Assembly: GCF_000738915.1 (NCBI RefSeq)
Contig: NW_026515634.1
Coordinates: forward strand, 62,001 to 126,000
From: Nematocida ausubeli
Taxonomy: Eukaryota
Length of the DNA stretch: 64,000 bases
Direction of reading: 5' to 3'
Numbering within the stretch: position 1 is the stretch's first letter; each line of letters starts with the position of its first letter. The notes beneath the pieces are model-generated. The model worked only from the letters and a program-made list of their open reading frames with translations. It made no database searches and was not told the DNA's origin. Shown here piece after piece: positions 30,639-41,882 of the stretch. The translations under genes and the position numbers were made by a program.

Positions 30639-31514
30639 TGTATTATGTTGTAGATATGACTTGAGTGCCCATTCCTGCTGACCTGGGCCGGCTTTTTTGC
30701 CATAAAGAATAAATGAAGTTTGCTATTATACTTTGCACCATCAGTGCACCGCCTTATATTTCGTATATATTCTTAAAGCAGCTTCTGTAGCTGCATTTCA
30801 TTTTCTACAGGCTATGCTGTTTCCAACTACTGCTCTAATGAGAAAAGGAAAAAGATGGCAAGGCCAACAGCACCTCATAATATTTCGTATAGATCAGTCA
30901 AATAAATAGAAAGGAAAGAGACAAAATTCTGGTTATCAAAGATCCTATTCAAAAGATAAGCAGCTAGCCTGACTGTGGCCCTCCATTTATATGCCAACCT
31001 AGGTGATTTATTTACAATAGCAAGTGCTATTCCTGTTTCTCTACTTACAGGCCCTGGGGTTTATATACTCTATGCATTATTGGGTAGAGCGTGTACAGCC
31101 AAGACAAACTACACCTTTCTCCACTAATTCACCACCAATGCTTAAATACTTACTACTCCATGCAAATACTGCAAAATATCCTTGAATGGCATTTAAATAT
31201 AACATACTCTAATAAAGCACAGAAAAGCCTACGTACACGTAGGAATATAGCCCGAATAAACCGAATGCATATTTGTGCTATGTATGCAGAGACTATTTAA
31301 CCCATAGCATAAACCATAGTATAACTCGAATTTCTTTGTATCCTGCATTATAGTGCATCTTCCTACCCGAGCAGATTCACTAAATTATATTAGTTAATGC
31401 ACTTGCTCCTTTCAAACAGCATATACCCATAGTAGTCTCTGTGCAAACTACGCAAATATCATATTACAGCTAAAGTGCCTCTGTATGTTATATCCCCGCA
31501 CTGTGTGATTGAAC

Positions 31515-31787
31515 TTACCCGCCAACCTGTGAGCTGAACACTTCTAGTAAACTGTCATTGGTCAGGCCAATGCTGTCTGCTGTTTCCTCTCCGCTTATAG
31601 TAACTCCATTGTGTGTAAATCTTAGCTTGTGCGCATTTACTTGTGACCTGTCTGCATACTCCTTGAACAGCTTGCCTAGCTTTGTTTTCCTTTTCATGAC
31701 GAACGAATATGTTTTTTGTGACTGATCAACAACCCTTAACTGCAGGGTTGGTTTTGCGCTTTGCTCTTGTACCTCTTGAATATGCAT
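31515..31787 (-). CDS. SMT3: SUMO (Smt3)
   Basis: FVMKRKTKLGKL, LRFTHNG, TADSIGL, ends QVGG. Confidence 0.9.
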   Translation of the reverse strand: MHIQEVQEQSAKPTLQLRVVDQSQKTYSFVMKRKTKLGKLFKEYADRSQVNAHKLRFTHNGVTISGEETADSIGLTNDSLLEVFSSQVGG

Positions 31788-31918
31788 GCGAATTTATATT
31801 TTTTAATATTTTATACCCCATGTTTAATGATGAGAAATTCAACTCGACCTAAGTAGGATTTGAAGTCATAGTTACTCTGAAAACATATTTATTTATTAAT
31901 TACCTGCTGTAAACACCT

Positions 31919-32482
31919 TTATCTGATATTCTTGAAAAGACACGACATGATTCTTTTAATGTTTCTAAAGAACTTGTTCTCTCTTTTTTCCTTTTTTCCC
32001 TGGTCTGTTTCTTCTATTTTTTCTATTATGCTGTTCATGCTAACCATTGACACATTGATCCTGTAGTCAAGCACCTCAAGAAGACACATTTCGTATTCGT
32101 TTAGTGCGCGCTTGTTTATCATCAGTATGTTGGCCCATGTTCTGTTAATGTACGATCTGTCTATGAGATATTTAGAAGTGACCACCAAGCACACCGAAAA
32201 GAGAATATATGTGCTGTTATAAAGCAGTGAGGCAACCTCCAAAGATGCGCCTTTGTCTTTGCATGCCTTTGGGTTGCGCTGGGCTTGCTGCACATATGCG
32301 CCCAGTCTCTCTCTGGCAGTGAAAAGAAGAGAGACTGCTGCGAGCACAACTGTGCTTGATAGATTAGCTCGCTTCACCACATATATTATCTGATTGCTGT
32401 TTGGTGCATCTGTTATTTGCAGCTTAGATAGCGTGTTGTGCACTATCTCGTTGCGTAGAACTTCTTCTTTTTTATCTGCCAT
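31919..32482 (-). CDS. Pcl/Pho80-family cyclin
   Basis: VCLVVTSKYLIDRSYINRTWA...LNEYEMCLLEVLDYRI cyclin box; start may be 32482 or 32554. Confidence 0.75.
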   Translation of the reverse strand: MADKKEEVLRNEIVHNTLSKLQITDAPNSNQIIYVVKRANLSSTVVLAAVSLLFTARERLGAYVQQAQRNPKACKDKGASLEVASLLYNSTYILFSVCLVVTSKYLIDRSYINRTWANILMINKRALNEYEMCLLEVLDYRINVSMVSMNSIIEKIEETDQGKKEKRENKFFRNIKRIMSCLFKNIR

Positions 32483-32820
32483 TCTGGAATATCTACTCCT
32501 TCCTCTATTTACTTTACTTTGCTTTCTTCTATTGGTGCGTTGGCTTAGGCGCATGGACCAATCAGAAGAATATCACTCTTTTTATCCAAGCAGCATGCAT
32601 CATTGCAAGCAGAGTATATTATGCAAGCAGGCTGTGGTGTTTGCCCAACAACTAGAGCACACACCTGCGCTGTGCACGTTCATTATTGCTGAAACTTCTT
32701 TTGGCCTTTGCCATCTGCATTTATGGTTTATAGAAGCCTTTTTTAATATGCGAATAAAATGCTGAAAAGAAGTATATAGAAGATAAATAAGAATATTACA
32801 ACATACATTTAGTTTATACT

Positions 32821-33990
32821 TCATACCTTCTTGTAGTCCATACGCCCCTCCAGCTTTTTCTGGTCTGCTATCTTTCGGACACTCCGTGTAAGATCTTCCT
32901 GAACAATGAAGTCTCTGTCATCTCGAATTGCAAGCATACCTGCCTCGCTGCAGATATTCCGGATGTCTGCCCCGTTGAACCCGTGCGACATCTTGACAAT
33001 AGTGTTGTAATCTATATCTCCCTTCTTCTCCATTTTAGCTGAGTGTATTTTGAGAATTTCCAGCCTGCCCTGGCTTGTGGGAAGTGGTATTTCAATCTTT
33101 CTGTCCAGTCTTCCCGGGCGCAGCAGTGCTGGGTCTAGAATGTCTGGCCTATTTGTGGCCATAATAACCTTAACTCGGCCTAGCTCTTCAAACCCATCCA
33201 TTTGGTTCAGCAGCTCCATAAGCGTGCGCTGCACCTCCCTGTCAGATGACGTGCTCTCTGAAGACCGCTTCCCTCCAATTGCATCGATCTCATCCAGGAA
33301 GATAACACATGGCTGGTTCTCCTTTGCATATGTAAACATCTCTCTAATCATCCTACTGCTCTCTCCAATGTACTTCTCAATGATGGCAGAGCTCACTACT
33401 TTCAGGAAGTTTGAGTCTAGCGTTGCAGCCACTGCACGTGCAAGAAGCGTCTTTCCTGTTCCAGGCGGTCCATACAAAAGCACTCCCTTTGGTGCTGACA
33501 CTCCCACTCTGCTGAATATTTCTGGGTTCTTTATTGGAAGCTCAATCACCTCCCGAATCTCTCTTACCTGCTCGGCAAGCCCTCCTATGCTCTCAAAGGA
33601 AATGTCACCCGGCTTCTCAATGGACATGGCATGGACAGTTGGGTCCACCTCTCTTGGAAGATGCCTCATTATGGTGAGCGTGGTTATGTCCAGGGCCACA
33701 CGGGCTCCAAGAACCAGAAGGTTTCTGGGAATGCTTTTTCTTGCGCCCACAATGTATCTGGGTCCTTGCGACGTCTTGACTATGAATCTGTCCTCGTCCA
33801 ACTGCTTCAGCACTTCACCCACCATCTGCCCTATGCTCTGCAGGGCATTGATATCTCTCTCTGTTTTTTCAAACTCCAAAGTCTGGTTCTTTATCGACTC
33901 GTTTATGTTGCGCATGGTTTCCATCACCTCCGCATGCTCAGTGACTATTTTCTGGTACTTCAAAAGGGCGTCTTGCTTGTTTTGGTCCAT
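32821..33990 (-). CDS. RPT4: 26S proteasome AAA-ATPase Rpt4
   Basis: [51 protein letters not shown]. Confidence 0.95.
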   Translation of the reverse strand: MDQNKQDALLKYQKIVTEHAEVMETMRNINESIKNQTLEFEKTERDINALQSIGQMVGEVLKQLDEDRFIVKTSQGPRYIVGARKSIPRNLLVLGARVALDITTLTIMRHLPREVDPTVHAMSIEKPGDISFESIGGLAEQVREIREVIELPIKNPEIFSRVGVSAPKGVLLYGPPGTGKTLLARAVAATLDSNFLKVVSSAIIEKYIGESSRMIREMFTYAKENQPCVIFLDEIDAIGGKRSSESTSSDREVQRTLMELLNQMDGFEELGRVKVIMATNRPDILDPALLRPGRLDRKIEIPLPTSQGRLEILKIHSAKMEKKGDIDYNTIVKMSHGFNGADIRNICSEAGMLAIRDDRDFIVQEDLTRSVRKIADQKKLEGRMDYKKV

Positions 33991-34579
33991 AATAAAAAAT
34001 ATAAATTATGCAATATTTATATGGATTCTTTTCCTTATCTTGCAGGGCTTCATAATGTGCCTGCAGCAGAGCAAGTTTGTCTTTCATTTTCTTGTTTTCT
34101 TTCTTTAAATAAGACAGCCTAGGCTAGCCAGAAAAATATAAATAGTCAGAATACACAAAGAAGAATTGACTCCATGCGAATATTCCTAAGATGCATGCAA
34201 TATACTGCAGCCTCTTTTTACTTGAAATTCTATTTATAGAAAAACAGCAAGAATGCTTTTGTACTGAATATGCAGACACTAAAGACTAGCAAAATGGATT
34301 ACTTTTAAATGATCACAGGGCTCAATCAAAATAAATTGCCTTTATTCAATGGCAGCCCTAGAGCTATGGCTACAAGCCACACAAGCTGCAGCACTGTGTA
34401 TAGGCAATAAACTTGTAGATGCCCGCGTGCAAACCAGAATATGGTGCATGATCGGTTGCAAGGATAGGTTTGGCAGGCCTTTGCATGGCACTCTCTTATA
34501 TATTAGTACCATGGATGTCTCTCTTTGATGGCCAATTAAATAATCTCCATTCTTTAAATACGCAAACTCCTGATCTTCT

Positions 34580-35203
34580 ATGCGAGTTATCTCTGAGTAT
34601 CTCTTCGCAATCGACCAATGGAAGCTCTTGGAGCAGTGGAAAATATACGCGATCAATACATTGCCTCTGGGTAACAAAATAAAAGATGAAATTCTACAGA
34701 TGATGGAATACCGGTCTGTATACGACATGCACATAAATGTGTACCGCAGCAAAACATACAAGATGCTCTCAAAGCACAGCGGGCAGCTAAAGTATGAAAT
34801 ACAGGAGTATGCCAAGCTGGAGAAAAGAATGCTTCTCCACCTCAACAAGCTGCGCTTTCACCTGCTCCCTCTCATCCGGCACGACATGTGCTATCTCAAG
34901 TACTTTATATGCAACAATGTGGAAGTAAAGAAGTTTGCCAAGCCAGCACAAAGCAAGTACTACACGCACATACTTGAGCTGCTGTTCATTGAAGAGTTTT
35001 CTCCTGCACATGTGCACCTGCACGCAGGCAAGCTGCACATATATTTAAGAAAGTCTCTTTTCATCAATATTGATATACGGAGCACACTTGGCCGTGCAGA
35101 TGAAGTGCTTGTGGTTGCGCCTGCAGACAGAGCACTGACACCGCGGCAAAAGAATCTTCTGCGAGGGATCTTTGGTCTTCCTATCCGGCAGATGTTCTAC
35201 TAG
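34580..35203 (+). CDS. Hypothetical protein
   Basis: 207-aa ATG ORF with coding-like composition; no family recognised. Confidence 0.6.
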   Translation: MRVISEYLFAIDQWKLLEQWKIYAINTLPLGNKIKDEILQMMEYRSVYDMHINVYRSKTYKMLSKHSGQLKYEIQEYAKLEKRMLLHLNKLRFHLLPLIRHDMCYLKYFICNNVEVKKFAKPAQSKYYTHILELLFIEEFSPAHVHLHAGKLHIYLRKSLFINIDIRSTLGRADEVLVVAPADRALTPRQKNLLRGIFGLPIRQMFY

Positions 35204-35211
35204 CAAAATGA

Positions 35212-35282
35212 TGGTCCTACCGAGAATCGAACTCGGGTTACGGGATTCAAAGTCCCGGGTGCTACCGCTACACCATAGGACC
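35212..35282 (-). tRNA. tRNA-Gln (anticodon TTG)
   Basis: Cloverleaf GGTCCTA TG GTGT-AGCGGTA-GCAC C CGGGA-CTTTGAA-TCCCG TAAC CCGAG-TTCGATT-CTCGG TAGGACC A; TTTT just downstream. Confidence 0.97.
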
Positions 35283-35385
35283 TCATAGGTGTGCCCCTTA
35301 CAGACCATCTCGCAATTATCCTGCTCTTCTAATTCTTTAAGAGACAGCGCACACTATGGGCCATAATGTAATTTTTGCATTTTCC

Positions 35386-36003
35386 CTATGGGCTCTGGTT
35401 TTCGGGTTCTTTTTCTTTGTATGCCTCCAGGACTCTGTTGTAGTACAGTGCGCCTTCTCTTTGAATTGCCTCAAGGACCCGGGTATTTACGCACCCTTTG
35501 TTTACTCTAATGTACTCCAGCGCTATCACGCACTGGGCTATTCTCTGGGTTGCCTCAAAGTATTTCTCTTCCACATTGTATTTTATGCAGTGCAAAAGGT
35601 ACTCCTCAACTTCATCTGCAGGCTGTGTCTCTATTGCAGACTCAAGCGCCTTTATGTACTCCATCGTATTAGTTGACTCGCAAATCACATTGAAGAGATG
35701 CAGAATTTCTGGTACTTCTGTCTCCACCATGGCGATCTCAAATAAAGAGGAAGCAGACGCCATCTGTGTATATGTCTGCTTCTCTATTATTTTTTCTCGG
35801 AGCAGATGATTGATTGTCTGCACCTCCTCTGGTGACAGTTCTTTTCCGTTGACTTTTAATTCCTGCAGCCTGCACCGCAGCTCCTCCTTCACGCTTTCCT
35901 TCTTCTCTCTCTTCCACTTCTGAAATGTGCGGCTGTCTATATTTGGGTGCTGGCCGTCCTCGCTATCCTCGTCTAGTATGTCTCTGCAGTGCGAATAGTC
36001 CAT
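35386..36003 (-). CDS. CDC37: Cdc37 (Hsp90 kinase co-chaperone), shortened
   Basis: MDYS....DEDSEDGQHPNIDSRTFQKWK matches the Cdc37 N-terminal signature; ATG at 36003. Confidence 0.8.
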   Translation of the reverse strand: MDYSHCRDILDEDSEDGQHPNIDSRTFQKWKREKKESVKEELRCRLQELKVNGKELSPEEVQTINHLLREKIIEKQTYTQMASASSLFEIAMVETEVPEILHLFNVICESTNTMEYIKALESAIETQPADEVEEYLLHCIKYNVEEKYFEATQRIAQCVIALEYIRVNKGCVNTRVLEAIQREGALYYNRVLEAYKEKEPENQSP

Positions 36004-36187
36004 ACAAAATATTTTTGCGCAGATCATCTAGTTTTATACATGCTTCCTGCTCTGTATACTCTTTCAGAGAGATGCTTTCTTTGCAGAAAACAGCCACTCT
36101 GCATATTTCTGCAGTGGCGTGTCTTTTTAATGCGTGTGGCATCTTCTGGAGAGGGTTCTATTTATAATTATTTTTTTTGCGCTGTGC

Positions 36188-37489
36188 ATGGAACACACCC
36201 CCTCTTTCTCCTCGATATACCCAATAGACGGGATCCAAACAGCAAATAAGAACATACATAGCTACTTCATGAAAAATGACAACTCGTACTGCGTGGACAG
36301 CCAGCACCGATACGCTGGATACAGAAAAGAGACAGACAGGACGTACATTGTAGTCATATCAAAGTATGAGAGCGTCACAGGAGACTACACCTACAAGCAC
36401 AACAGTGCCTCTCCGGAAATAGAGTGTCTAATTGGGGAAAGAAAAGACAATCTGCAGACAAAGAAGGTCTCTCTGTCTAACCTGCTCAAGACCATCAAGG
36501 AGATAGAGTACTCTCTGCCTGGCATGGAAGAGGTGCATGCAGGCGAGATTTTCATTGGCCTTGTATATCCAGATGGTCTGAACCGGGTGAGCATTCTAAA
36601 CATGGTAGACTCCATTCTGAACCACTCTAGGTTCAAGGGAGTTCTTCTCCTTCCACTGTCCCTCAGCGTGTGCTTGGGGATGGGGCTTTCAAATGCTGTG
36701 GTTTACATTGAGGCAGACAAAACGGTCTCTCTCATCGAAGACAACTGCATCTTTGACACCTTTACAGAAGGCAGGCCGGGCAGCACCACTCTGTACGGAA
36801 GCGATGTTGTTGAGGAGTTTCTGAGAAAGGAAGAGCCTGCCAAGAGTGTAGAGGAGATGGTTTGCTTTATGTGCAGCGCGGCCTTTGAGATATCAGAGTT
36901 CAGCATGCATTTCCTTAACAAGCACATGATAGATATCTATGCCAACCAAAGACACAGCGATACTCTTCTGCACAAGTGCCGGCCCAAGGAAGAACCCGCA
37001 CAGCCCGAGGAAGAGGCCCCAACTGACGTGGTTGCAGTGGGGAAAAGCATGCTTCAGAAGCTTTCTCCTGCAGAAAGAGTTGCCAAGATTAGATCAACTG
37101 TTATTTTTATAACTGAGCAGGATGTTCCAGAGCCAGAAACAGTACTAAATACAGCAGCAGATACTGCGCCAGACACAGCACTAGATACAGTGCCAGATAC
37201 AGCAGAAGCAGGGCCATCAGAGAGCACACTACCAGAGGAAAGCGAAGAGACCACCCGAGGGTTTGAGCAATGCGCAAAGAACAACTCTGCAATGCTGCCT
37301 CCAATCATTGAAGATGCAGCCTCATCATCTGTCATATGCATACATGACTCAAAGAAGGCACAAACTGCATGGAATGGAGTCTTTGCTCTGGTGAATATCG
37401 AGCCATCCAAGGACCTCTGGCTCACAGATAAAGAGTGGCAGTCCGTGGGCCTGCGCGTTCTGAAGGAGAAAGTTCTTTTTCCCATATAG
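36188..37489 (+). CDS. ARP8: Actin-related protein, Arp8-like
   Basis: YPI.G near N-terminus; SVCLGMGLSNAVV; C-terminal AWNG...KDLWLTDKEWQSVGLRVLKEKVLF. Confidence 0.65.
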   Translation: MEHTPSFSSIYPIDGIQTANKNIHSYFMKNDNSYCVDSQHRYAGYRKETDRTYIVVISKYESVTGDYTYKHNSASPEIECLIGERKDNLQTKKVSLSNLLKTIKEIEYSLPGMEEVHAGEIFIGLVYPDGLNRVSILNMVDSILNHSRFKGVLLLPLSLSVCLGMGLSNAVVYIEADKTVSLIEDNCIFDTFTEGRPGSTTLYGSDVVEEFLRKEEPAKSVEEMVCFMCSAAFEISEFSMHFLNKHMIDIYANQRHSDTLLHKCRPKEEPAQPEEEAPTDVVAVGKSMLQKLSPAERVAKIRSTVIFITEQDVPEPETVLNTAADTAPDTALDTVPDTAEAGPSESTLPEESEETTRGFEQCAKNNSAMLPPIIEDAASSSVICIHDSKKAQTAWNGVFALVNIEPSKDLWLTDKEWQSVGLRVLKEKVLFPI

Positions 37490-37693
37490 ACAGCATGTGC
37501 CTCAAGATGCACAGGCCTTCAATATATATCTGCTCAAAGAGATATAAATAATAAATGTTCAATGCTACATGCGCTTGGTTTAGTTCTTTAAGAATCTTTT
37601 CCTATGTCTTTTTGCACTAATTCTGCCTTTTCTATGCATGTGTGCATTTGCAGTTATTCTGCTATTTATTGCAGTGGATTCTCACAAATTTTT

Positions 37694-38314
37694 ATGGAAA
37701 AAAAGTACTCTGGCATGGTCTTTACCAAGACTCCGTCGCTTGTTCCAAGAACCGAGGAGGAGAAAGAGATATTCGCCAACCTCAACAGAAAGATACACAA
37801 GAACGATTTGGAAGATGACTTCTTTGAGCTTGCTCTGGGTCTGCGCGAGGGCCCAGAAGAAGACTCAGACAGCGACATGATGGACGCATCTGATGGCGAG
37901 AGCCACTTTTCGCTTGATGAGGAGCACCCACTTGGGATCTCTGCTCAGAGCTGTCCTGCAGAAAAGAGCGATGCTCCTGCTGAGTCGCTCAAAAAAGACT
38001 GCTTTGCCTCTCTTATTGAGCAGGTGAACAAGCAGAGCGGCGGGTCCTTCTCTGCTCTTTCCAAGCTTTTTACAAAAGAGAAAAGAGTCAAGAGAACAAG
38101 AAGACCGGAAGTGTCAATTGAGGAGTGCAACAACATCCTCAGCCGAATGGGATCGCATGCCTCAAACTACACAGAGACGTACGAAGAGGAGGAAGCTCAA
38201 GTAAAACCAAAAGCGAGAGCAAAAACCCCAAAGAAGCAGAAAGTTGAGGAAAAGTGCGAGAACTGGGAAGACACGTTTACTAGCACAATACAGAACCAGC
38301 CAAATATTATATAG
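37694..38314 (+). CDS. Hypothetical acidic protein, possibly Ltv1-like
   Basis: ATG at 37694; SLVPRTEE and NDLEDDFFELA reminiscent of Ltv1. Confidence 0.5.
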   Translation: MEKKYSGMVFTKTPSLVPRTEEEKEIFANLNRKIHKNDLEDDFFELALGLREGPEEDSDSDMMDASDGESHFSLDEEHPLGISAQSCPAEKSDAPAESLKKDCFASLIEQVNKQSGGSFSALSKLFTKEKRVKRTRRPEVSIEECNNILSRMGSHASNYTETYEEEEAQVKPKARAKTPKKQKVEEKCENWEDTFTSTIQNQPNII

Positions 38315-38995
38315 CTTGCTGTGCTTTATAAGGCGCAGGCAACAAAGTGTTCACTGCCCTATTCTATATGTGTCTGAGAACCTCTTTCATATACGAGCTA
38401 TAGTGAATAAGACGTTATGGCAGGAAGGCCTTGCTTTTTTCATGTTTAGCACGATATGATATAACCCGAAACACTGAAGCAACAGCTTGTGCAAGACTCT
38501 TCAAACTAGCTCTAACTATACGGCAGGATGTATATCTGGCTTATGCAGTGTGCATTTTTATGGAGCCTTGCTGTACATTTTGCTTAGAGATATGGTCTCT
38601 ATCAGTATTCACACAAGTTTCCTTGTACTGCTATATAAACCAGCAAAGTAACCATTTTATTCAATAAACAGATGATAAGAGCACAATAAATATATATTTA
38701 TCGTTTACTTTCTAATTATGCATTCCAAGTTGAAGCCATCCATTTTAGAAGACCTTCTTCTGTTTCTTGTGTGTTTGTGCATTTTTCTTATTTGAAATTT
38801 AAAGTCTCCAGTGTTTTTGCAGTGACTATTTTTTTGAAGAGCTTTGGTTCCTAAATATTTTGAAGCCAGCAAAAGTACTATAGAGCAGTCATTTAAAATA
38901 TATTGAAGAAGTATAAATAGTGTGCTACAAACAGATTTTATTTGTTTAGCAAAGGAGTAGAGCACAGGGCCAGCACAGAGTATGCATGTGCATAT

Positions 38996-39856
38996 CTATG
39001 CAATTGTGTGCGGATCCCAGCATGTTCTGTGCTCCAATGGGAAGTTATTGAGGTACTCCTCATCTTCTGGGTCCAGCTCCTGATCCAGGGCCTTAAAGTT
39101 CTCAATGATCCGCTCTGGATGGACGCTCTTTGGGATTACACAGCAGTCCTTGTTCATTGACCACTTGAGTATCTGGTTTGCAAGAGAGCCCTTTTCCTTC
39201 ATCTTCTTCAGCTGCGGGTATTTCTGCAGGTACTCCTCAGAGAGAAGATATCCTCTGCCTAGAGTGGAGTACGACTGAACAACTACATTGTTTTCCTGGC
39301 AGAATGCAACCACATCCTTTGGGTAGCACAGAGGAGACAGCTCGATCTGATTTACCTGCGGCTTCTTGTCAAACTCCTCAAACAGGTCTCTTAGGTGTGT
39401 GCACATAAAGTTACTGACCCCAATATTGCGGACTACCCCTTCATCCTGCAGCTCGAGCAGAGCTTTGTACGAGCCATGCCGCAGACTCTTGTTCTGCGGG
39501 CTCTGCAGGTCAATTCCCTTTGCGCCTGGCCAGTGGATTAGAACCAGGTCCAGGTACTCAAGGTCCATAACCTTAAGGCTTTCTCGCACAGAGGCCATTG
39601 CCTCTGCATATCCCTGGTTTGAGGTGCTCACCTTTGTGGTTATGAAAACATCCCCCCGAGCTATACCTGTCTGCTTAATGGCCTCGCTGACCTGTTTTTC
39701 ATTCTTGTACACCTGCGCAGTGTCGTACAGTCTGTAGCCCTCCTTCATTGCGGTGCTTATGGCTACATCTGCCTCTTCGCACTTTGTTTCGTACGTGCCC
39801 AGCCCAAGAATATCAATTTCATTGTGGTTGTTAAGTGCAAGCTTCCTCATAAACAT
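38996..39856 (-). CDS. Aldo-keto reductase
   Basis: LGLGTY, GYRLYDTAQVYKNE, VFITTK, LDLVLIHWP, IGVSNF, NQIE, IPKS. Confidence 0.95.
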   Translation of the reverse strand: MFMRKLALNNHNEIDILGLGTYETKCEEADVAISTAMKEGYRLYDTAQVYKNEKQVSEAIKQTGIARGDVFITTKVSTSNQGYAEAMASVRESLKVMDLEYLDLVLIHWPGAKGIDLQSPQNKSLRHGSYKALLELQDEGVVRNIGVSNFMCTHLRDLFEEFDKKPQVNQIELSPLCYPKDVVAFCQENNVVVQSYSTLGRGYLLSEEYLQKYPQLKKMKEKGSLANQILKWSMNKDCCVIPKSVHPERIIENFKALDQELDPEDEEYLNNFPLEHRTCWDPHTIA

Positions 39857-39940
39857 AAAAAGTTTTTAGCCTTAATAGTTCCCCAAATGCAAAAGGCCAA
39901 GATCTTTAGGTCCATAAAGCCCAAGTAATTTTTTTTACAA

Positions 39941-41224
39941 ATGAATGAAAAAATTCTTGGCCTCCAAGAACCAGTTCTGAGCGAGTACGTTGAAAATCTT
40001 CTTCCAGTATTTGAGCAGAGGAAACAGGAGCTGATCATTCTGGTCACAAACATGCCGCAGAAGCATTCATTTGCAAACCACATCTGCGAAGAGCTGCTGC
40101 AGAGATATACAAAAGAGAGAATTGTGGAGCTGGAGGTTGAAATGCTCAAGTATGCATCAAAAGACTACTTTCTTATCACAAATGCATGTGTGTATCTAGA
40201 GAGGCGGTGGAACACCGCGCTTATCCAAAAAATTCTAAAAGAAGCTGCAGGCGACGAAGAGCGCTATAATATTCTTCTTTCCCTCACAACAGAGCCATCA
40301 GAGGAAGACGTATGTAACGACTTCACAGTTGACGTGCAGATAACTCTGCCAGAGGGCTTTGAAAAGCTGAAGGAGATGTACCTAATACTCACTGACCTTC
40401 GGGCAAGAAACATAATACAGTCAGTTCGAGACGCCTTCACTGCATACAAGATCATCATGGCGTACAACGGAAATATATATTATACGCTGGGCGAAATAAA
40501 TGCGCTGATTGACCTGGAGAGTGTGGCCTTTGGAGATGCGCTAGGAGGTCTCTTGCTGGGCATACTGTACAAAAAGGAAGAGATAACATATTTCTCAAAT
40601 ATTCTCATACGTCTTCTGAAAAGAAACAAAATGCACACCCACTCCTTTATCCAGCTTCTGCTCACAGCATACAATCTGAAAGACGCCATTTGGGAGAAGC
40701 TGCAGGACGTTGTACCGCATCTGTACATACGCCTTGGTGCAGACAGAAAGCTAGGAACATGTCTTTTGTACACGCTAAACTTGCGAAATGCAGTCTTTCT
40801 GTACGAGATTATGAATGGAGATGTTCCTGAGATAGAGATATTTGACAAGTGTGTGGAGGGAAAGGAGTCCACTCCAGATGAGTCCGTACGTGCTGCTGTA
40901 AGGGAAGTTATAAGCATACCGCATGAAGAGACATACAGCACGCCGTGTGGAGTAGAGGTTGATCTATCAGCTAGCACGGACTGCAAGCCGCCAGTCCGGT
41001 ACTCTGAGGTTGAAGACAAGATACAGTTCTGCGCGTTTTTTATAAAGCACACTGCGCCCACCATTACACATCTTAATAACATCTCTGTTGAGTACAAAGA
41101 TGTAATTAAAAACATGACAGAGCAGGAGATTGCTGTTTTGGTTGGTTGTGCTCTGGCTCAGAAGAACTCGCTTGTCCATAAAGAGCTTTTAGTTAACAAA
41201 ATATACAGGATAAGAACAAATTAG
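39941..41224 (+). CDS. Hypothetical helical protein, possibly reduced cap-binding subunit CBP80/Sto1
   Basis: 427-aa ORF; MPQKHS and APTITHL weakly resemble CBP80 segments; identity uncertain. Confidence 0.55.
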   Translation: MNEKILGLQEPVLSEYVENLLPVFEQRKQELIILVTNMPQKHSFANHICEELLQRYTKERIVELEVEMLKYASKDYFLITNACVYLERRWNTALIQKILKEAAGDEERYNILLSLTTEPSEEDVCNDFTVDVQITLPEGFEKLKEMYLILTDLRARNIIQSVRDAFTAYKIIMAYNGNIYYTLGEINALIDLESVAFGDALGGLLLGILYKKEEITYFSNILIRLLKRNKMHTHSFIQLLLTAYNLKDAIWEKLQDVVPHLYIRLGADRKLGTCLLYTLNLRNAVFLYEIMNGDVPEIEIFDKCVEGKESTPDESVRAAVREVISIPHEETYSTPCGVEVDLSASTDCKPPVRYSEVEDKIQFCAFFIKHTAPTITHLNNISVEYKDVIKNMTEQEIAVLVGCALAQKNSLVHKELLVNKIYRIRTN

Positions 41225-41412
41225 TTAAATAAAAATCATTTTACAAGACTTTGGCAGAGCATACTCTTTTTCTTCCACCTTTTGTGTGCGCCCAGCATGC
41301 AATGCGCAATGGAGACACATTCTGGAAGCACGCTGCTTTCTTGCATCTGTCTAGCAGGCCGCCGTTGAGCATTCAGAATGGTAAAAATTATTTTTATTTG
41401 TCCCCCTGTATT

Positions 41413-41715
41413 ATGGATTGTTTATTAGCATACAGATTAATAGAACTCGCAAGCTCAAGAAAGCCAGAAGCTTCCGAAATTGAAAAGGTCATTGAAGTCG
41501 CAGGAGGAAAGGCCGTTGCAGAGAAAGTCAACGCACTTCTCAAGGCATTTGAGGGCAAGAACTCTGACGAGCTGATTGCAAAGGGTGCTTCTATGCTCCA
41601 GTCCGCTGCACCAGTTGCCGCATCTTCTGCATCATCCGCAGCAGCTGCTGAGACTAAGGTAGTTGAGGAAGAGAGCGAGGAAGAAAGCTCAGGAGACATG
41701 GACCTCTTCGGTTAA
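41413..41715 (+). CDS. RPP2: 60S acidic ribosomal protein P2
   Basis: LLAY.L, EGKNSDELIAKG, Ala-rich hinge, EESEEESSGDMDLFG tail; ATG at 41413. Confidence 0.92.
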   Translation: MDCLLAYRLIELASSRKPEASEIEKVIEVAGGKAVAEKVNALLKAFEGKNSDELIAKGASMLQSAAPVAASSASSAAAAETKVVEEESEEESSGDMDLFG

Positions 41716-41882
41716 GTAAGTGTCAGTTTTCAAACATACTATTAGAAATAAATATATTTCCAGCTGACTAGTGCACGGGCCAAACTGTAAGTTGCTTAGT
41801 GTCTGTGCTGCCTGCCATGGAGAAAAAGCAAGCAGCAAGGAACAGAGCCTGCATATTTTATTTTAAATAATTTTACGACTGC

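Noticed and set aside
33050..34108. Long antisense ORFs over RPT4 (similar ones over PKC1, NPL4, YDJ1)
   Set aside because: Shadow ORFs opposite well-conserved genes
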